Shown: piece by piece, positions 20,053 through 30,146 of the stretch
Numbering within the stretch: the stretch's first letter is position 1
How the letters are laid out: each line of letters begins with the position of its first letter
Origin: Nitrososphaeria archaeon
Lineage (GTDB): Archaea; Thermoproteota; Nitrososphaeria; JACIWG01
Direction of reading: 5' to 3'
DNA: 64,000 bases
NCBI GenBank assembly: GCA_963752255.1
Contig: CAVVXT010000003.1
Coordinates: 96,001-160,000, forward strand
Made by a program: the position numbers and the translations under genes
Notes under the pieces: model-generated
Database searches by the model: none
The model's input: only the letters and a program-made list of their open reading frames with translations
What the model was told of the DNA's origin: nothing

Positions 20053-20574
20053 TCTCATCCTCCCATTTTGTACCCCTTTGGAAGCCCTATTGTAACGTTT
20101 TAATCCATTTATTCTGAGGACTGAATATAATTTTTTAAGATCAACATTAGTTTTTGCAGTAATATCTTTTATTGACGCGCCTTCTTTATACAACTTGATT
20201 GCCGTGTTTAACGATTTAATACTGTCTTCTCTGCTCCTTTTAACAAATTTTAACTTCCAATTAAGAAAACAATTTTTAAATTTTTCAAAGTCCTTAGACT
20301 TGGCCAGTGGAGGATTAATGGAGAAGAAATCGATAATCGACTTTAACTCATCATATTTTGTCACAGAATAGACGTAAATTGCATGGTGTGTGACCCTTTT
20401 TGGTTTAAGGACAGAAATCTTTCCAACCCCGAAAAAAGCCTGAATCCTTCTGATTATAATATTGTTCTTGCTTGTCACAAAAAATTTAGGATAGTAATGG
20501 TTATGCGACAATATTATAGAGAAATTACCTTGACCATCGACAAATCCGACAACATAGTCTGGAGAGATGCCCAT
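20047..20574 (-). CDS. Single-motif LAGLIDADG homing-endonuclease-like protein with C-terminal HTH
   Basis: YVVGFVDGQGNFSI helix, FFGVGKI, YVYSVT, IIDFF..NP..K.KDF; C-terminal AIKLYKEGASIKDITAKTNVDLKKLYSVLR. Confidence 0.85.
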   Translation of the reverse strand: MGISPDYVVGFVDGQGNFSIILSHNHYYPKFFVTSKNNIIIRRIQAFFGVGKISVLKPKRVTHHAIYVYSVTKYDELKSIIDFFSINPPLAKSKDFEKFKNCFLNWKLKFVKRSREDSIKSLNTAIKLYKEGASIKDITAKTNVDLKKLYSVLRINGLKRYNRASKGVQNGRMRL

Positions 20575-20648
20575 TATACGGTTATCGACAAATCCTAAAT
20601 AATTAAATCTTTCTAGGATATAAAAGAAGACTCTGTGTATTAAAATTT

Positions 20649-20966
20649 CTATTGAACATGCCTTCTTTTTATTTCAGATATCGCTTTTGTAAGTGTTAGC
20701 TTGGCAATAGAACGTGGAGATACGTTAAACTGGTTATAGAGCCGATTTATCATCGACGGTAATATGAACGATACACCGTAACCAAAGATGTTAGTAAGAA
20801 AAACCTCAAAGTCCTCTATATGATCCGCCAACTCTTCTTCTTCTCTTAAGTTGTTGCTGCTCATGAACTTGTATATGATCGCATTCTTTGCATTTTCCCC
20901 TAAAAATGATAAGCTATAGTTTATTACCTGTACAACCTTAACTTTAGTTTGGGAGTCAAGTATCAT
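20649..20966 (-). CDS. Small archaeal hypothetical protein (DUF3227-like)
   Basis: SLSFLGENAK.AI.Y...IEDF...L..IFG.G pattern; likely start ATG 20966. Confidence 0.6.
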   Translation of the reverse strand: MILDSQTKVKVVQVINYSLSFLGENAKNAIIYKFMSSNNLREEEELADHIEDFEVFLTNIFGYGVSFILPSMINRLYNQFNVSPRSIAKLTLTKAISEIKRRHVQ

Positions 20967-21539
20967 CTTTATTGCACACCAAATCAATTTGTTATCATCA
21001 AGACAAATTTTATATAACAAAGCAAAATTTTGATAACAAGCGGCAAAGAAAAAATTAATCAAGAAATTATCCGGCAGATAATATAAATTATTTCTCCAAA
21101 ACTCCCTGGGTGGGCCATTTAATGATGTAGACACCATGGTATAAACACAACAAACTAGGCAATCATGGAAATTGGCAAATCCTGCTTAAGTCAGCCAAGT
21201 AAAAATGAACAGGTGCTTTTCAGCAGCAAATTATTATAAAAACCCTCTACTTCTAAAATAGTTGGATTTTTATTGACAAATAATAATGATGTTTTCCTGT
21301 CACTAAAACTAAAAAGTCAATTAGACCCATATGACATGAACCTATCACTAAGGGCCAATAGCGTCAAAGCACCCCCCTGTCATGATAGGAGCCTTATGGT
21401 GGGCGATAAATCGATAGATACTTATCATAAATTATAAAATTATGGGCTCTGATAATAATGTACTCTAATGATTTATTTAATTTGTTCCTTAAAACTTAAT
21501 ATTAATAATATGTTATGTTTTTCATAACCAATAATTTAT

Positions 21540-21566
21540 TATCAAGTTTGATATCAAGCTTGAATA
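21540..21566. repeat. Palindromic motif copy B: TATCAAGTTTGATATCAAGCTTGAATA
   Basis: 26/27 identical to copy C. Confidence 0.9.
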
Positions 21567-21748
21567 ATTAAGACAATTGCTAGAAGAACAGATAAGATAA
21601 TTTTACACTAGTATCTCCTTCCTTTCCGACTCTTAAGCCATTTGTCCAAGACTTTATATCCTCTTATTTACAAATTCCCACATCTTTGGCACTCCATCAG
21701 ATGATCGTTCGTAGTTTATTTGAATACATTTCTTCTAGAAAATAGAGG

Positions 21749-22768
21749 TTAGGGTCTAAAGACTATGTGTACTTTGTTTCCTGTCGGGTCGGTTTTCTTT
21801 AGGTATGCTAACTTGAAGCCTGACGCGATTATTGGCTGTTCAAGTTCTATGCCCTTTTCTTGTAGGTAGTTGTATGCGGCTTCAAAATTTGACACATTTA
21901 TTGCTATGTGCGTACGTGTTTCCTTTTCATGCGCTTTCATGACTTCTATTTTTCCAATACTTGTCCCTGTTAGCATTATCGATGATGGCCCTTCTTCTTT
22001 TGCGAAGCCGAAGGTTCCAGCGTACCAGTCAGCTATTTGCTTAGCGTTCGCGGTTTCTGTTGGATATATCGCTATATGTTCAACGCCTAAGAATATAGAT
22101 TTACCTTTTACCTCCCATATCCATTGCATGCAGTCTTCCACCTTCCTTTTTATGGATTCAAAGTTGCCCGACTTTACTAGGTCTTTTTGTATGAGGTTTG
22201 AGCCCAAGTTTACTGCTGCCGCGCCCGCTCTTATCCAACTCGAAATGCCTTCTTTTGTGGCCTCTACACCTCCTGAGGGCATAAGTTTTAACCATGGAAA
22301 CGGACCGAGCAAGTCTTTTATAAATTGTGGGCCTAGTACGTCTGCTGGAAATATTTTGATTATGTCAGCGCCCATCTCTTCTGCCATGTATATTTCTGAT
22401 GGAGTACTACATCCTGGAATATATAAAATATTGTATCTATTAGACGTCTTTGCCACATCTGGGTTGAATACTGGTCCGACGATAAAGTTTGCTCCACAAT
22501 TAATATAGAGTGAGGCTGCTGATGGTTCGACTATCGTGCCAGCTCCTAGGACAACGTCTGGAAACTCTCTATCCTTCCATTTTATGAGTTCGCTGAAGAC
22601 TTGATATGCTAATGCGCCACGGTTTGTGAACTCAACCACTTTAGCTCTGCCTTCGGCGCATGCCCTAACAATTTTTTTAGCAGTCTCCAAGTCTTCTTCA
22701 TAAAATGTTGGGATTAGCCCGATTTCGAGAACACTTGAAACAACCTCATGTCTCATCGACATCGACAT
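21749..22768 (-). CDS. eda: KDPG/KHG aldolase fused to a C-terminal VOC (glyoxalase-like) domain
   Basis: EFTNRG, GAGT, PGCSTPSE, KIFPA, MPSGGV; then VEHIAIY...WY..TFGF...IEVM...HIAINV...DP.GN.VH. Confidence 0.88.
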   Translation of the reverse strand: MSMSMRHEVVSSVLEIGLIPTFYEEDLETAKKIVRACAEGRAKVVEFTNRGALAYQVFSELIKWKDREFPDVVLGAGTIVEPSAASLYINCGANFIVGPVFNPDVAKTSNRYNILYIPGCSTPSEIYMAEEMGADIIKIFPADVLGPQFIKDLLGPFPWLKLMPSGGVEATKEGISSWIRAGAAAVNLGSNLIQKDLVKSGNFESIKRKVEDCMQWIWEVKGKSIFLGVEHIAIYPTETANAKQIADWYAGTFGFAKEEGPSSIMLTGTSIGKIEVMKAHEKETRTHIAINVSNFEAAYNYLQEKGIELEQPIIASGFKLAYLKKTDPTGNKVHIVFRP

Positions 22769-23246
22769 ATTTTCTTACCCCATAAAAGCGTGAGAAACTC
22801 GTCTTCTTAAATTTTTATCTGATATACGTCTCATTGTTAATAGAAAGATGATAAATAACTGATCAAGCCTACCGCCTAAAGATCTTCCTAGAGGGCCTAA
22901 AGGAATCGACAACACATGAACACCTAGTTAAATAACGAGCGGCATTTTCGTATCCAATTGAAAGTATGATAAGTCTCTTAGAATATTCATTGTCAGGAAC
23001 AGAATAAAAAGTTAGTTAATGTAATTCTACTAAACTGAGATAAACACTAGGCCATCAAGACGATTGATTCACCCTACATTTTTGGTACATGTTTTCTTTT
23101 TCACGATGCTAAATAAATCTTCAATCCCAACGTGCCTATCTTGTTATGTAACTATTATTTAGTTAATGAATAAAGTTATAAACCTTTTAATATCAAAACA
23201 AACAGATGCAGAAAAAGATAGCGCTTCTCTTGTTGGGGGCGTAAGG

Positions 23247-24824
23247 ATGAAGGGTGGCTACAAGATCGTCCTCACAGCCGATAGAACACTCATGAGCGAA
23301 TACGGCGACAACATATTCCTCGGATTCAGCGCCTGTATGCCCATAGGAGTGATCCCAGACAAGCTCTACTTTTCCATGTTCTGTCCTTCCGTCAAGGCCA
23401 ATAAGGACGGTTCAGCAGAGGTGGCGCTGTGTGGGACGAGGAAGGTGGAGGCTTCGTTGTTGAAATATGGCTTTCGAAGGGACGAGGTCATAGTAGCACA
23501 TCCAGATCACATCGGCGAGGCTGTTGGGCAAAAGACGAAGGTTGTGGGGGTCACGGAGAACGACCCTCTTGGAATTGGTCCCGCCACATCCACCTTCACG
23601 CAGTTGTTCTCCGGAGAGGCTTACATGGCGGTGAAGTTCAGAGAACTCCTAAACCATCCGGCCGTCAAAGAGTTTCATCCGAAGATAATTGTTGGTGGGT
23701 CCGGAGCATGGCAGCTTGAAGACTCCAGGATCCGAGGAGAACTGGGGATCGACTGTGTGGTGAATGGGGAAGGAGAGGAAGTGGTCGGCCCCCTCTTTGA
23801 AAAAGCTGTCAGGGGCGAGCCATTACCAGGGTTAGTCCATGGAAATGTAGTTCCAGAGGAAAGTATTCCCACGATAGTTGATCCTACTATCTCTGGTATC
23901 GTAGAGATCGCTAGGGGATGTGGGAGAGGTTGTGACTTCTGCGTGCCTACAATGCTCCACTACCGTTGTCTTTCCTTGGATCACATCCTAAAGGAGGTGG
24001 ACATCAACCTGAAGGCCAATAGACAGCCCCTCCTGCACGCGGAAGACGTCTTGAGGTACAAGGCTAAGGGTTTAGAGGTCAACGGCGATGCCGTGACGGG
24101 CCTCTTCAAAGCCGTGAAGAATCATCCCGGCGTCAGAACTATCGAGATAAGCCACTTCGCTCTCTCATCAGTTCTGAGCGCACCTGAAGTTGTTGAGGAA
24201 ATATCAAATATACTTGGTTTAGATGGTGATGATGCTTTGCTAGGGGGTCAGACAGGCATCGAAACAGGTAGTCCTAGGCTGATTAAGGAACACATGCTAG
24301 GGAAATGTAAGCCCTTTCGTCCAGAAGATTGGCCAGATGTTGTTCTCAATTCCTTTGAGGTTCTCTCTAAGAACCATTGGGCTCCATGTGCTACGCTCAT
24401 CCTCGGCCTTCCAGGTGAACAGGAAGAGGACATTAACCTCACGATAGAACTCGTCGAGAAATTAAAGAACTTTGAGAGCCTGATTGTGCCTCTTTTTCTA
24501 GTCTCCTTGGGTGGATTGAAGGACAAGTCCGATTCCTTCACGCTCCAGAGGATGACACCTAGGCATTCTGAACTCTTCTTGAAGTGTTGGGAGCACAACT
24601 TCCGCTGGACCCCCAAATTCTTGGACGACTTTACAAAGGGCAGACGCGGAATGAGGATCCTACTATCCTATGGCATTAGATACACTGAGAATCTGATTCA
24701 GGAATGTCAAAATCACTATAATTACGACATGCTTCGAATGATAACGGATATTAAAAGTGGCAGGAAAACGATAGCTCCTCTATCAAACCGTCTGTTGAAC
24801 CGATTGTTACATTTTGTGAAGTGA
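23247..24824 (+). CDS. B12-binding-domain radical SAM protein
   Basis: KIVLTADRTLMS, IIVGG.GAWQ, EIARGCGRGCDFC (CxxxCxxC), GIETGS. Confidence 0.9.
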   Translation: MKGGYKIVLTADRTLMSEYGDNIFLGFSACMPIGVIPDKLYFSMFCPSVKANKDGSAEVALCGTRKVEASLLKYGFRRDEVIVAHPDHIGEAVGQKTKVVGVTENDPLGIGPATSTFTQLFSGEAYMAVKFRELLNHPAVKEFHPKIIVGGSGAWQLEDSRIRGELGIDCVVNGEGEEVVGPLFEKAVRGEPLPGLVHGNVVPEESIPTIVDPTISGIVEIARGCGRGCDFCVPTMLHYRCLSLDHILKEVDINLKANRQPLLHAEDVLRYKAKGLEVNGDAVTGLFKAVKNHPGVRTIEISHFALSSVLSAPEVVEEISNILGLDGDDALLGGQTGIETGSPRLIKEHMLGKCKPFRPEDWPDVVLNSFEVLSKNHWAPCATLILGLPGEQEEDINLTIELVEKLKNFESLIVPLFLVSLGGLKDKSDSFTLQRMTPRHSELFLKCWEHNFRWTPKFLDDFTKGRRGMRILLSYGIRYTENLIQECQNHYNYDMLRMITDIKSGRKTIAPLSNRLLNRLLHFVK

Positions 24825-25443
24825 GTTGAATGGTATTCAAAAGGATTTTACTGGTAAGGTCTTACAAAAGAAGAAATTTGAGCTCCGCTTTAGTTGCTTC
24901 GTTCGCTATCGAGCTAGTGGTTTATTCGAGACTAACGACGATTGGAGAGCGTCCTGAAGCTTAGATAAGATAAGTGTCCTAATACTTGTATATTTTGAGA
25001 ATCCAAACTCCTTAAACGTGTGCTGCACCTAGGAGAATTAGCCAGTTAGTTTTGTCCCATTAATGTATAAGGCTAGTTTCAGAGGCTTAATCTAAAGATG
25101 TCTGGTCACAGGAGCTAGCAAGTCAATTATGTTAGATTATCAAAGTTAAAGTTTATTGGTATATGGCATGATCATCCAAAAATTGAGTGAAGTTTTTTAC
25201 CTGTGCCAAAAGTTCTTGGTGGAGGTCACTTTTTATCTTCTGACAGCCATCTTCCAACAATTCAACTACTTTAAATGCTTTAGAAGAACAGTTTACACTC
25301 ACATAGTACGCATTTAGAATTCCATTCCAAGAATTTCTTTCAGTACTTCACTCATAACTTTTTATGATGATCATTTTTTTAAAATATGAGTAATTTTATT
25401 ATCGTAAAACTTTTAAATAAACTATTATTTAGTTTAACTTGTT

Positions 25444-26088
25444 ATGACCGTTGTTACTATATCAAGAGAAGCAGGAAGCTGGGGTGATGAAATTGCAAGA
25501 AGGGCTTCAGGCCTTCTTCAATATACTTTGATCGACAAAGTTACAATGATAGAAGCTGCCACAAAAACTGGGATATCTGAATCTGGGTTTATTGACTTGG
25601 ATGTTGATTCATACCAATTTAGAAATTTAACTGACAGACTTTTAGGTAGAAAGGAGCCTGAAATTAAAGTCGCGATTCCGACAGTCACTTCTGCAAGTGG
25701 AATGGATTTTAGAATACAAACTTTGGATGCTAAACAATGTATGGCAACTCTCCAGACTGTCATCACTTTTTTGAGTAAAAGTGGAAATATAGTTATTTTA
25801 GGAAGAGGGGGACAAGCTATCCTTAAAGATGCCAAAGATGCTTTGCATGTGAAGATTATTGCACCTTTTGAAGTCAGAGTAAGAAGAGTGATGGAAAGTC
25901 AAGGATGCAGTGAGAATAAGGCGTTTTGGTTTATCAGAGATAGGGATAAAGCTATAACGCAATATCTTCAAAGATTTTTTGGCATTGAATGGAATGATAA
26001 CACATTATATCATCTTGTAATTAACACGGGAAAATTGGATGTTGAACAATCTGCAGCTGTAATAGTAAATTCAGTTAGAGTACTGTAA
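25444..26088 (+). CDS. Cytidylate kinase-like family protein
   Basis: VTISRE.GS.G.EIA, VILGRG, APFEVR..R, YHLVINT. Confidence 0.88.
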   Translation: MTVVTISREAGSWGDEIARRASGLLQYTLIDKVTMIEAATKTGISESGFIDLDVDSYQFRNLTDRLLGRKEPEIKVAIPTVTSASGMDFRIQTLDAKQCMATLQTVITFLSKSGNIVILGRGGQAILKDAKDALHVKIIAPFEVRVRRVMESQGCSENKAFWFIRDRDKAITQYLQRFFGIEWNDNTLYHLVINTGKLDVEQSAAVIVNSVRVL

Positions 26089-26247
26089 GATTAATAGTTA
26101 TAGGAATCTTTGGATTTCTTATTTTATAATAGAACTAATTAGATTAAATTATGCAACACTTAAGCACTATATTATAAAATTTCTAAACTTCTTTCTTATT
26201 GCAGAAGTAGGAAGACAGCCATATTGAACCCCAATTTATGCTTATTG

Positions 26248-27231
26248 TTATACGAGACTTGTGACAGGCTTTGGTCTATAAGGCTCTTCTAAGTACTTCA
26301 TATCTGCGTCTGAGAGCTTGATATCCAATGCTTCAACTGCATCCTGTAAATGTTCTGGAGTTGATGTACCTATTATCGGAGCTGTGACACCTTTGTGAAT
26401 AAGCCATGATATGGCTATCTGAGTTGGCTTAACACCTTTACTTTGCGCCAACTCAATGACTCTTTTTACGATCTCAGCGTTTTCTGGTGGTTCTATATAA
26501 TCCCTATAGCCATTACTATTTGGTTGTAATCTCTTGATATCGTCTTGTCCTATCAGAAGCTTTCCATCCTTTAAATATCTTCCAGAAAGAACCCCAACCG
26601 CAGTAGGGCTCCAAGGTATGATGCCTATGTTCTGGCTTTTACATAAAGGCACCATCTCTCTCTCCTCTTCCCTATACAGCAGATTCCACTTATCCTGCAT
26701 ACTCACAAACCTCTCAAAACCCAACATCTCACTTGTGTACAAAGCTTTAGAGAACTGCCAAGCCCACATACTTGAAGCACCAATATACCTCACAACACCA
26801 CCCCTAACAAGACAATCAAGAGTGAAGAGAGTCTCTTCAATAGGCGTCCCGTAATCCCACCTGTGAATCTGATAAAGGTCAATATAGTTTGTCCTAAGTC
26901 TCCTAAGAGATTCACTCGCCTGCCATAATATATGCTTCCTTGAAAGTCCACTTTGATTCGGCTTCTGCCCCATAACATTGTAAACCTTAGAAGCTATCAC
27001 AACATCTTCCCTAACGTCTTTGAGTAATTCGCCTACAATCTCCTCAGACCTACCAACCGAATAAACGTTCGCAGTATCAAAAAAGTTAACACCTAAATCC
27101 AACGCCCTATCGACAACCTTCTTAGCGCCATCCCTCTCAACCATCCATTTCTCTGCGTTCCCAAAAGACATACAACCAACCACAATAGGAGAAACCTTCA
27201 AACCAGAAGACCCAAAACTAACATATTTCAT
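26248..27231 (-). CDS. Aldo/keto reductase (YajO/AAD-like)
   Basis: GCMSFG, FDTANVYS.G.SEE, YIDLYQIHRWD, IPWSP. Confidence 0.93.
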   Translation of the reverse strand: MKYVSFGSSGLKVSPIVVGCMSFGNAEKWMVERDGAKKVVDRALDLGVNFFDTANVYSVGRSEEIVGELLKDVREDVVIASKVYNVMGQKPNQSGLSRKHILWQASESLRRLRTNYIDLYQIHRWDYGTPIEETLFTLDCLVRGGVVRYIGASSMWAWQFSKALYTSEMLGFERFVSMQDKWNLLYREEEREMVPLCKSQNIGIIPWSPTAVGVLSGRYLKDGKLLIGQDDIKRLQPNSNGYRDYIEPPENAEIVKRVIELAQSKGVKPTQIAISWLIHKGVTAPIIGTSTPEHLQDAVEALDIKLSDADMKYLEEPYRPKPVTSLV

Positions 27232-27495
27232 ACTAAAACACCATCTTTTTACCTACTTCAATCTTATAAATGTTCCTCATACACTTAGAATTGAAGGTCT
27301 CTAATATTAATATCCAGTTTACATTACACCCTATGTTTTGAGATATAAGAGTGAGTATTTGGATAATATATAATGAAATCATTTTGCTCTTTTTTTTCTC
27401 ATAATTAATATGTTCAAGTTTAATTCTAAAAATACCTTCCATTAGTTTAGATTTCATATAAGCACGCTTATCATGTTCTGATTCCTTTACCCTAC

Positions 27496-28524
27496 TCACA
27501 TTTTTGGTTCAACTTGGACTTTGAGAGCTTTAGCACTATTTACCAGGTCAAATCCTTCTTTCAGTCGATTAAGTGGAAAAGTATTGGAAACGAGTTTCTC
27601 TACATTTATCTGCTTCTTTGAAAGAACTTTCAAAGCCCTCTCAACATGAGCTGGAACATGATCATAACTTCCTGTGACCTTGAGTTCACCATAATGTATA
27701 ATGTTGGGGTCCAATTCAATATTCGTTTGAGGGTAGGTTCCACCGAAAAACACAATTGTGGCCGATGAAGCCACCGCTTTAAAAGCACTTTCTATAGCAG
27801 TTCTGTTTCCTGTCGCTACAATTACAGAATCAGCACCATATCCTCCTGTGAAATCTTTAACAGCTTTAGACATATCTTCCCTCAAAGGGTTGACTATTGA
27901 GTCGGCACCTAGCTCGATTGCCATTTTGAGTCTGCTTTCAATAACTTCACTTAATATAACACTTGCTCCTGAAAGCTTAGTAATCTGTAGGTTAAGCAGA
28001 CCCATTGGTCCTCCGCCTATGATCAAAACTGTCTCACCTGGTCTTGGTGATATTATCTCATTCGCATGTAAACACACTGCAATCGGTTCTGTAAACGCAG
28101 CTTCCAAAAAACTTACACTTTCTGGGATTCTGAACAAAGACTTGGCAGGCGTCTTTGCATATTCAGCAAATCCTCTAACGATATTACTTTTATTTTTGCA
28201 CAAATTCGTTAAACCTTTTTCACAATACTTACAAATTCCGCATGAGACAATTATTTCAGGTACAACTCTATCTCCTATAGAGAAATCCTTAACCGAACCG
28301 CCAACTTCAACAACGTCGCCACACCATTCATGTCCAGAAAGACCATAGCTTTCTTTACCATATGGAAACATCTGCCTCTTATACACACCTTGATAACTTC
28401 TTACATCGCTAGGGCAGATACCGATTCTTTGAACTCTTATCAAAACTTCGTCTTCCCTAGGAGTTGGAATGTCGACATCTTCTATGTGGATGTCCATCGG
28501 ACTATAAAGTAATGCAGCCTTCAT
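27496..28524 (-). CDS. Zn-dependent alcohol/polyol dehydrogenase (MDR family)
   Basis: GICPSD, GHE, C..C..C.......C, GGGPMG; likely start MKAALL. Confidence 0.9.
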   Translation of the reverse strand: MKAALLYSPMDIHIEDVDIPTPREDEVLIRVQRIGICPSDVRSYQGVYKRQMFPYGKESYGLSGHEWCGDVVEVGGSVKDFSIGDRVVPEIIVSCGICKYCEKGLTNLCKNKSNIVRGFAEYAKTPAKSLFRIPESVSFLEAAFTEPIAVCLHANEIISPRPGETVLIIGGGPMGLLNLQITKLSGASVILSEVIESRLKMAIELGADSIVNPLREDMSKAVKDFTGGYGADSVIVATGNRTAIESAFKAVASSATIVFFGGTYPQTNIELDPNIIHYGELKVTGSYDHVPAHVERALKVLSKKQINVEKLVSNTFPLNRLKEGFDLVNSAKALKVQVEPKM

Positions 28525-28819
28525 CTTTTTTCTATTAAAATTAGACATACACTTCACTATGAAAAAAAGTGAAAATAAGTTTTTAAACTTTTCCATGAAT
28601 TGATGTAACATCTAAAGAAACTGAAAAGAGCTCCTAACAATAGTGAAAATATAATTAAAACTGATAAAAAATAAAGTCTAGCTGACATAGAAATAAAAAT
28701 AACGATTTTAATAAAAATAATTAAACTAAATTTTTGACTAAAAACAAATTTTTGATAGTTAAATTAATATAAAAATGCCTACAGGCATTAAAAAAAGATA
28801 AGACCAGCTATATTCAATT

Positions 28820-29562
28820 TTAGATTTTAAGTATTTTTGCTATATTACCTCCCAAAATAAGTTCTCTTTTCTTCCGATCAGGGACTGCTACATTGATTTT
28901 CATGATTTCAACTTGCATAGATGGTCCGGGCGTATCTGTCCCAAAAACCAATTTCTCTGCTCCCGCCTTGTCCACAGCTTTCCTTAAAGAGTCTACATTG
29001 TTGTTCATTGTTGTATCCAAGTAGAGGTTATCATATTTCATAGCTTTAGAAATGGCGTCTTCTATGTTCTGCCAAAACCCCATATGCGCCATAATTAGAG
29101 GGACATCCGGGAAAGTTTCCGCCATGTCCCCAAACTGTGCCGGAGTGCAGTGAGGACAATCGCCTTGGCCGTGACTTATTATCGGGATCTTGAGCTTTGA
29201 ACATTCTTCGAATATTACATCCGTCAGTGAATGTGCGTTAAGGGAAAAATGGTGTATAGCTGGGTGAAGTTTTAAACCCTTGAATCCTAGTTTGTTTACA
29301 CACCTTTCCAGTTCCTTCACTGCTTTTTCTTAGACCATGGGTTTACAAGTGAGAAGCCGATTAACCTATTGGGATATTTTTTTATTGATTCAAATATATA
29401 GTCATTGTTTTCGACAATATTAAATGAGTATTCAGGGAAACCGAATATGATCGCTTTGTCAACGCCTGCAATATCCATTTCGCTAATAAGCCTTTCAGGA
29501 GTTTGATACACTTCAAGCCCCGGTTCAGGTTTTCCTATGTGGTTGTGAACGTCTATTATCAC
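28820..29562 (-). CDS. Amidohydrolase_2 family protein, split by a frameshift in an A-run near 29325
   Basis: IIDVHNH N-terminal part plus GLKLHP, AHMG, FGTD C-terminal part. Confidence 0.85.
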
Positions 29563-29694
29563 ATTTTCAGGAATAAGCTTTTGTATATTTAAGTATTGAG
29601 ATTTTATAAAAAATTTTTCTACAAAAATTTCACCTTTATAATTGTTAGTTGACGCTAAAATATTTAAGTAGGTAAATTTTCACATAATGAAATT

Positions 29695-30099
29695 ATGAAA
29701 GTGTACAAGGAGTCTATTGATTTTAAAACGTCTAAAGGGATCAGTTTTATGGATATAACTGAGAAAATATCTGATGTAGTAAGTAATTCAAAGGTTACGA
29801 ACGGTATAGTTTTTCTTTTTGCGCCACATGCAACAGGAGCCATAATAATCAACGAGTATGAGAGTCGGCTCCTAATAGATATCAGGAAATTCTTGGAGAA
29901 GCTTATTCCTATAAATGAACCCTATGAACATCCAGAGAATGCGCCATCGCACATTCTCTCTTCTTTCTTCAGACCGTCATTGGCTGTTCCTCTTACACAA
30001 GGCATAATACAGCTTGGAACTTGGCAGAGTATAATTTGGGTCGAAGTCGAACCTTGGTCACGCAATAGGAATGTCTATATTACAATAATTGGCGAATAA
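29695..30099 (+). CDS. yjbQ: YjbQ/UPF0047 protein
   Basis: HATGAI.INE, Y.H..NA.SH, LGTWQ. Confidence 0.9.
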   Translation: MKVYKESIDFKTSKGISFMDITEKISDVVSNSKVTNGIVFLFAPHATGAIIINEYESRLLIDIRKFLEKLIPINEPYEHPENAPSHILSSFFRPSLAVPLTQGIIQLGTWQSIIWVEVEPWSRNRNVYITIIGE

Positions 30100-30146
30100 T
30101 TTTAAATCTTAGCACTTACAAATAAATGTAATCGGCGTAGAATACC

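Noticed and set aside
20047-20574. LAGLIDADG ORF as part of an intron or intein
   Set aside because: No flanking rRNA/tRNA exons or intein splice motifs, and the neighbouring genes are uninterrupted.
21300-21430. GC-richer patch as an IS200/IS605 end or ncRNA
   Set aside because: No convincing hairpin or transposase remnant could be read.
27233-27499. 88-aa minus-strand ORF; likewise 4120-4308, 32707-32904 and 37727-37936
   Set aside because: AT-rich intergenic ORFs with no recognisable motifs or RBS; probably spurious or unidentifiable remnants.
28774-28789. Short inverted repeats AATGCCT-AC-AGGCATT (also 16057-16070 region and 51722-51743)
   Set aside because: Single, short and unrelated to each other; compatible with chance or simple terminators.
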